Positions 63,132 to 64,000 of a stretch of 64,000 nucleotides of DNA are shown in pieces. Source of the stretch: Oikopleura dioica (lineage: Eukaryota > Animalia > Chordata). Where the stretch lies: positions 10,912,001 through 10,976,000 of the forward strand of contig OU015569.1 of the NCBI GenBank assembly GCA_907165135.1, read 5' to 3'. The stretch's first letter is position 1. The number at the start of each line of letters is the position of its first letter. Position numbers and translations under genes: made by a program. The notes beneath the pieces are model-generated. The model was not told where the DNA came from and ran no database searches. It saw nothing but the letters and a program-made list of their open reading frames with translations.

Positions 63132-64000
63132 TCAAGTCATCTTGCTCGGATGGGGCACTGCTGAATCGGGTAGGCTCGTTTTGGGCTGGATAGAAGAAAG
63201 CTCTTTCTCGAGCGAGAGAATCGCCGAATCGAGGATCTCTAGCTCAGAAATGCTAGAACGGGACAAGGCGTCGTGTTTCAATTTTATCGACCTAAACATT
63301 TGTTTTGACATCTCTCCATATTTGATCGTTTTTAGAGCTTCGAAAACTTACTTGACGGTGGAATTTTTAAGTGCATGAAGTTCGCGTTCCAAGCTTTTGA
63401 TCCTATTCGTGTATCTACAGTCATTCTGCGAAATCGTCCTCAGCAAGTTGTCCGACTTCTCTTGCAGCAACTCGTTGCTTCTCTAAAATGAGCTGTTCAA
63501 CTGTAATTGAGCTTTGTTGCTACCTTGAGAACTTTGCGGCGAAACTCCAGTATTTTACGCTCGGCCGAGATCTCTCGCAAGAGATCATCTTTTGTCTCCA
63601 CGTGCGGTGAACTTGATACTTTCTTTGTTTCAGAAAAGGGCTCTCTGCTCAGCTGACCAACTTCTTCTTCCAGTTCGCCACTACGAAAAACAAATTATGT
63701 TTAATCGACTCTGCATCATATTCATATTCGACGGTAGAAATATCGAATCAGGATGTTCTGCCAAATTAAACATGATGAGACCCTTATTTTATCCCACCAA
63801 AAGAAGATTCATGGTCTCTTGTAAGCAGGTTGCCAAGCCCAGACCGAGCTCTATACTTACAACGTCGCATTGAGCAGAATCCCTATCGAACAGAGCTCTT
63901 CCAGCGGTTTCGGATAGCCGACAGTAACAGAATGCGACAAGTTCATCTGCCGAAGACACGACTGTTTGATCAAAGCAGCGCTCTTTTCCGCTCGCTCCGT
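63132..64000 (-). CDS. Coiled-coil protein, 3' part only (5' end beyond the window)
   Basis: In-frame GT-AG spliced exons GELEEEVGQLSR...KVLK|RSNELLQEK...IKSLERELHALK|...LSLEKELSSIQ...KMT*. Confidence 0.6.

Overview
Compact, intron-rich eukaryotic DNA: most introns are 35-70 nt, several splice donors are GA/GG/GC, and co-oriented genes are packed with 25-300 bp spacers. This pattern points to a larvacean tunicate (Oikopleura-like), which is an inference. Recognisable genes are TTC37/SKI3 (head-to-head with a small LYR-motif gene), MGAT4, an ALK4/5/7-type TGF-beta receptor, ATP synthase beta, an operon-like run TSEN2-OFD1-ELP3-NSMCE1, a coiled-coil RING protein, a divergent Vasa/PL10-type DEAD-box helicase, RBM47/A1CF, three tandem 4-TM paralogs, the myogenic factor MRF/MyoD, a SAFB/SLTM-like gene, a VWA3A-like gene and a partial coiled-coil gene. 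At least four DNA-transposon (MITE) families can be defined from TIRs and target-site duplications. The most notable observations are: (1) a chimeric young gene joining a BTB-like N-terminal fragment in frame to a duplicated MRF helix-III last exon, later broken by a MITE whose empty site lies 1.6 kb away; (2) two hAT-type MITE insertions inside coding exons that rewrite the cytoplasmic tails of neighbouring 4-TM paralogs; (3) a same-strand spliced gene or alternative 3' module inside the intron that splits the SAFB RRM; (4) an altered GS box and Cys box in the TGF-beta receptor and an altered DELSEED loop in ATP synthase beta. All gene models were built by hand from splice signals and remembered protein-family motifs; no database search was run. 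Several apparent one-base frameshifts in homopolymers may be assembly errors.
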